Under the pieces are notes generated by a model. The model was not told the DNA's origin. It did no database searches and saw only the letters and a list, made by a program, of their open reading frames with translations. DNA of 64,000 nt, taken from the NCBI GenBank assembly GCA_977017645.1, contig OZ360225.1, forward strand, positions 190,402,001 through 190,466,000, given 5' to 3'. A program made the position numbers and the translations under genes. This DNA comes from Torpedo marmorata (lineage: Eukaryota). Of the stretch, positions 62,334 to 64,000 are shown in pieces (within the stretch, counting starts at the first letter, position 1; each line of letters starts with the position of its first letter).

Positions 62334-64000
62334 TGTTATGGACCATGACTGACCATTTGGACTGCGGACGGTCAGCAGGAAGGATGAAGTATTTTGGAGT
62401 ACACACTGGGACAAGGTACTGAAAGAGTCTGGGCTTTACACACACACACAAACACACTCTTTAGATAAGAATAGTGTTTATAGACGTTTATAGTGAAGTT
62501 AATTGTTAATAAATTATATGTTTAATTGTCTTTAATAAATATAAATTTCAATTTTACCCCGATGCATTGCATCTTCTGTCGTTGCTGGTTTGAATTTGTA
62601 ACAAATTAGGGGCTCATCCAGGATTGTATCAAGCTCCAGTTTGGTAACTGAAGGAATCCCAGTCTGGTTTAAGACATTCTTTTTGTAAAGCTAATTAAAA
62701 ACTAGTGTGTGTGTAACAAAAACCAGCAACAATGGATGTAGAAATTTTTTTGGAATTACCTGAACCTGATACTTTAAAAAAGGCTGAAAAGGAACAGTTA
62801 GTGGCTATAGCAACAGAGTTGGGCATTGTTTCTGTAAAACCATCAATGCAAAAGGCAGAGATTGGGAGAAAAATTGCCAAATACTATATAAAAGGGAAAA
62901 AGTTTGAGGAGAGCGTGTTAGAGCAGTTTCACAAGGATAAACCTTCTGAAAAAATAAAGGTGGAACTAAAGAAATAAGAATTGGAATTGGAACAAAAGAA
63001 ATAAGACAGGGAATTGGAACAAAAGAAATTAGACAGGGAATTGGAACAAAAGAGATTAGACTTGGAGGCAGCCAGAGAACAAAAGAGATTTGAGAACGAG
63101 GAGAAAATTAGGCAATATGAGCTGGAAAAGATTAAGTTGGAAAATGAGAGGAGACAAGAAGAGCACCAAGATCAAAATCATGGTCCTGTTGAGAGGTTTT
63201 TGGCTAGTACAGAAGTTAGGTTTGTTCCTCCATTTGAGGAGGCGGAAATAGGTAAGTACTTCCAACATTTTGAAAAGGTGGCTGTGAAATTAAAATGACC
63301 ACAAGACCAATGGTCCCTTATGTTACAAAGTGTAATCAAAGGAAAAGCTCAGCAAGCTTATTCTACTCTTACCACGGAGCAAGCTGCTGATTATGAAATG
63401 GTGCAAAAGACTATACTCCAGGCTTATGAGTTAGTTCCAGAGGCTTATAGACAGAAGTATAGAAATTTTAAAAGATCAGCAACCCAATCTTAAACAGAGT
63501 TTACCTATGAAAAGGTTGTGTGTTTTGACCGGTGGTGCACATCTAAGGGGGTAAACAATGATTACAATCAATTGGGAGAATTAATACTAATTGAGGAGAT
63601 AAAAAGGTGTGTTCCTGAGGATATTAAGGCATACTTAGATGAAAAGGAGGTGAAAACTTGGCAAAATTCAGCTAAGTGAGCAGATGCTTTAACCCACAAG
63701 CCTAAGTGGACGTCAGGCTGAATTTTCCAAAAGGGCACTGTGGATTATTCCAAGCAAGTGGAAAGTAAATTTGGAAGTGGCGTTAAGGAAAGAGATGAAG
63801 GAAAGTGGAAAAGGGAAAAACCTTCGGGTCCCATTTGCCACTACTGTAGGAAGGCTGGTCATATGCTAGCAAGCTGTCCAGTGTTGAAAAAGAAGAGAGA
63901 AAAGGATGCAACACCTAATGCTTGTATTCAGAGTGAGAAGAAGCATAACACCCAGGAAGGAGACAAATTTACTGACAAAGTTAGGGATGTATTTAAACCT
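62334..64000 (+). mobile_element. 5' start of another Gmr1-like Gypsy element (deleted LTR 62334-62603, PBS, gag pseudogene from 62732), running off the window
   Basis: tgttatggacc...tttgtaaca LTR; taggggctcatccaggat (degenerate tRNA-Pro PBS, 62607-62624); VRFVPPFEE, CHYCRKAGHMLASC; several stops. Confidence 0.92.

Noticed and set aside
62975-63065. Regular 21-bp repeats suggesting an array
   Set aside because: Coding heptad repeats (ELEQKKLDR) of Gag; no unique spacers, so not CRISPR

Overview
Vertebrate genomic DNA, most likely an elasmobranch (HE1/V-SINE-like and Deu-type SINEs, CR1, Rex1, Penelope and Gmr1-type Gypsy repertoire). It is almost entirely nested, mostly decayed retrotransposons; no intact host gene, rRNA, tRNA gene or CRISPR array is evident. 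Contents: three ordinary Gypsy elements, five pieces of a Gmr1-like (integrase-before-RT) Gypsy family, one BEL/Pao element, two L1-clade copies, several CR1 and Rex1 LINEs, Penelope-like elements with hammerhead-ribozyme motifs, SINEs, a Chapaev3-like DNA transposon derivative and a 150-N gap. Highlights: (1) a BEL/Pao element with both LTRs and a perfect TSD whose RT/RNaseH/integrase region is replaced by coiled-coil sequence resembling host MIPOL1, and whose Gag begins with a SAFB/SLTM-like SAP domain; (2) a Gypsy element whose PBS position is complementary to its own LTR poly(A)-signal region, not to a tRNA; (3) a twin-priming-type L1 inversion that appears to keep the whole 5' end; (4) a Gypsy with complementary sequences next to its PBS and PPT; (5) possible decayed host exons on the minus strand. 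Protein-family and host-gene identifications come from motif recognition from memory and need database confirmation. Boundaries of decayed fragments are approximate.
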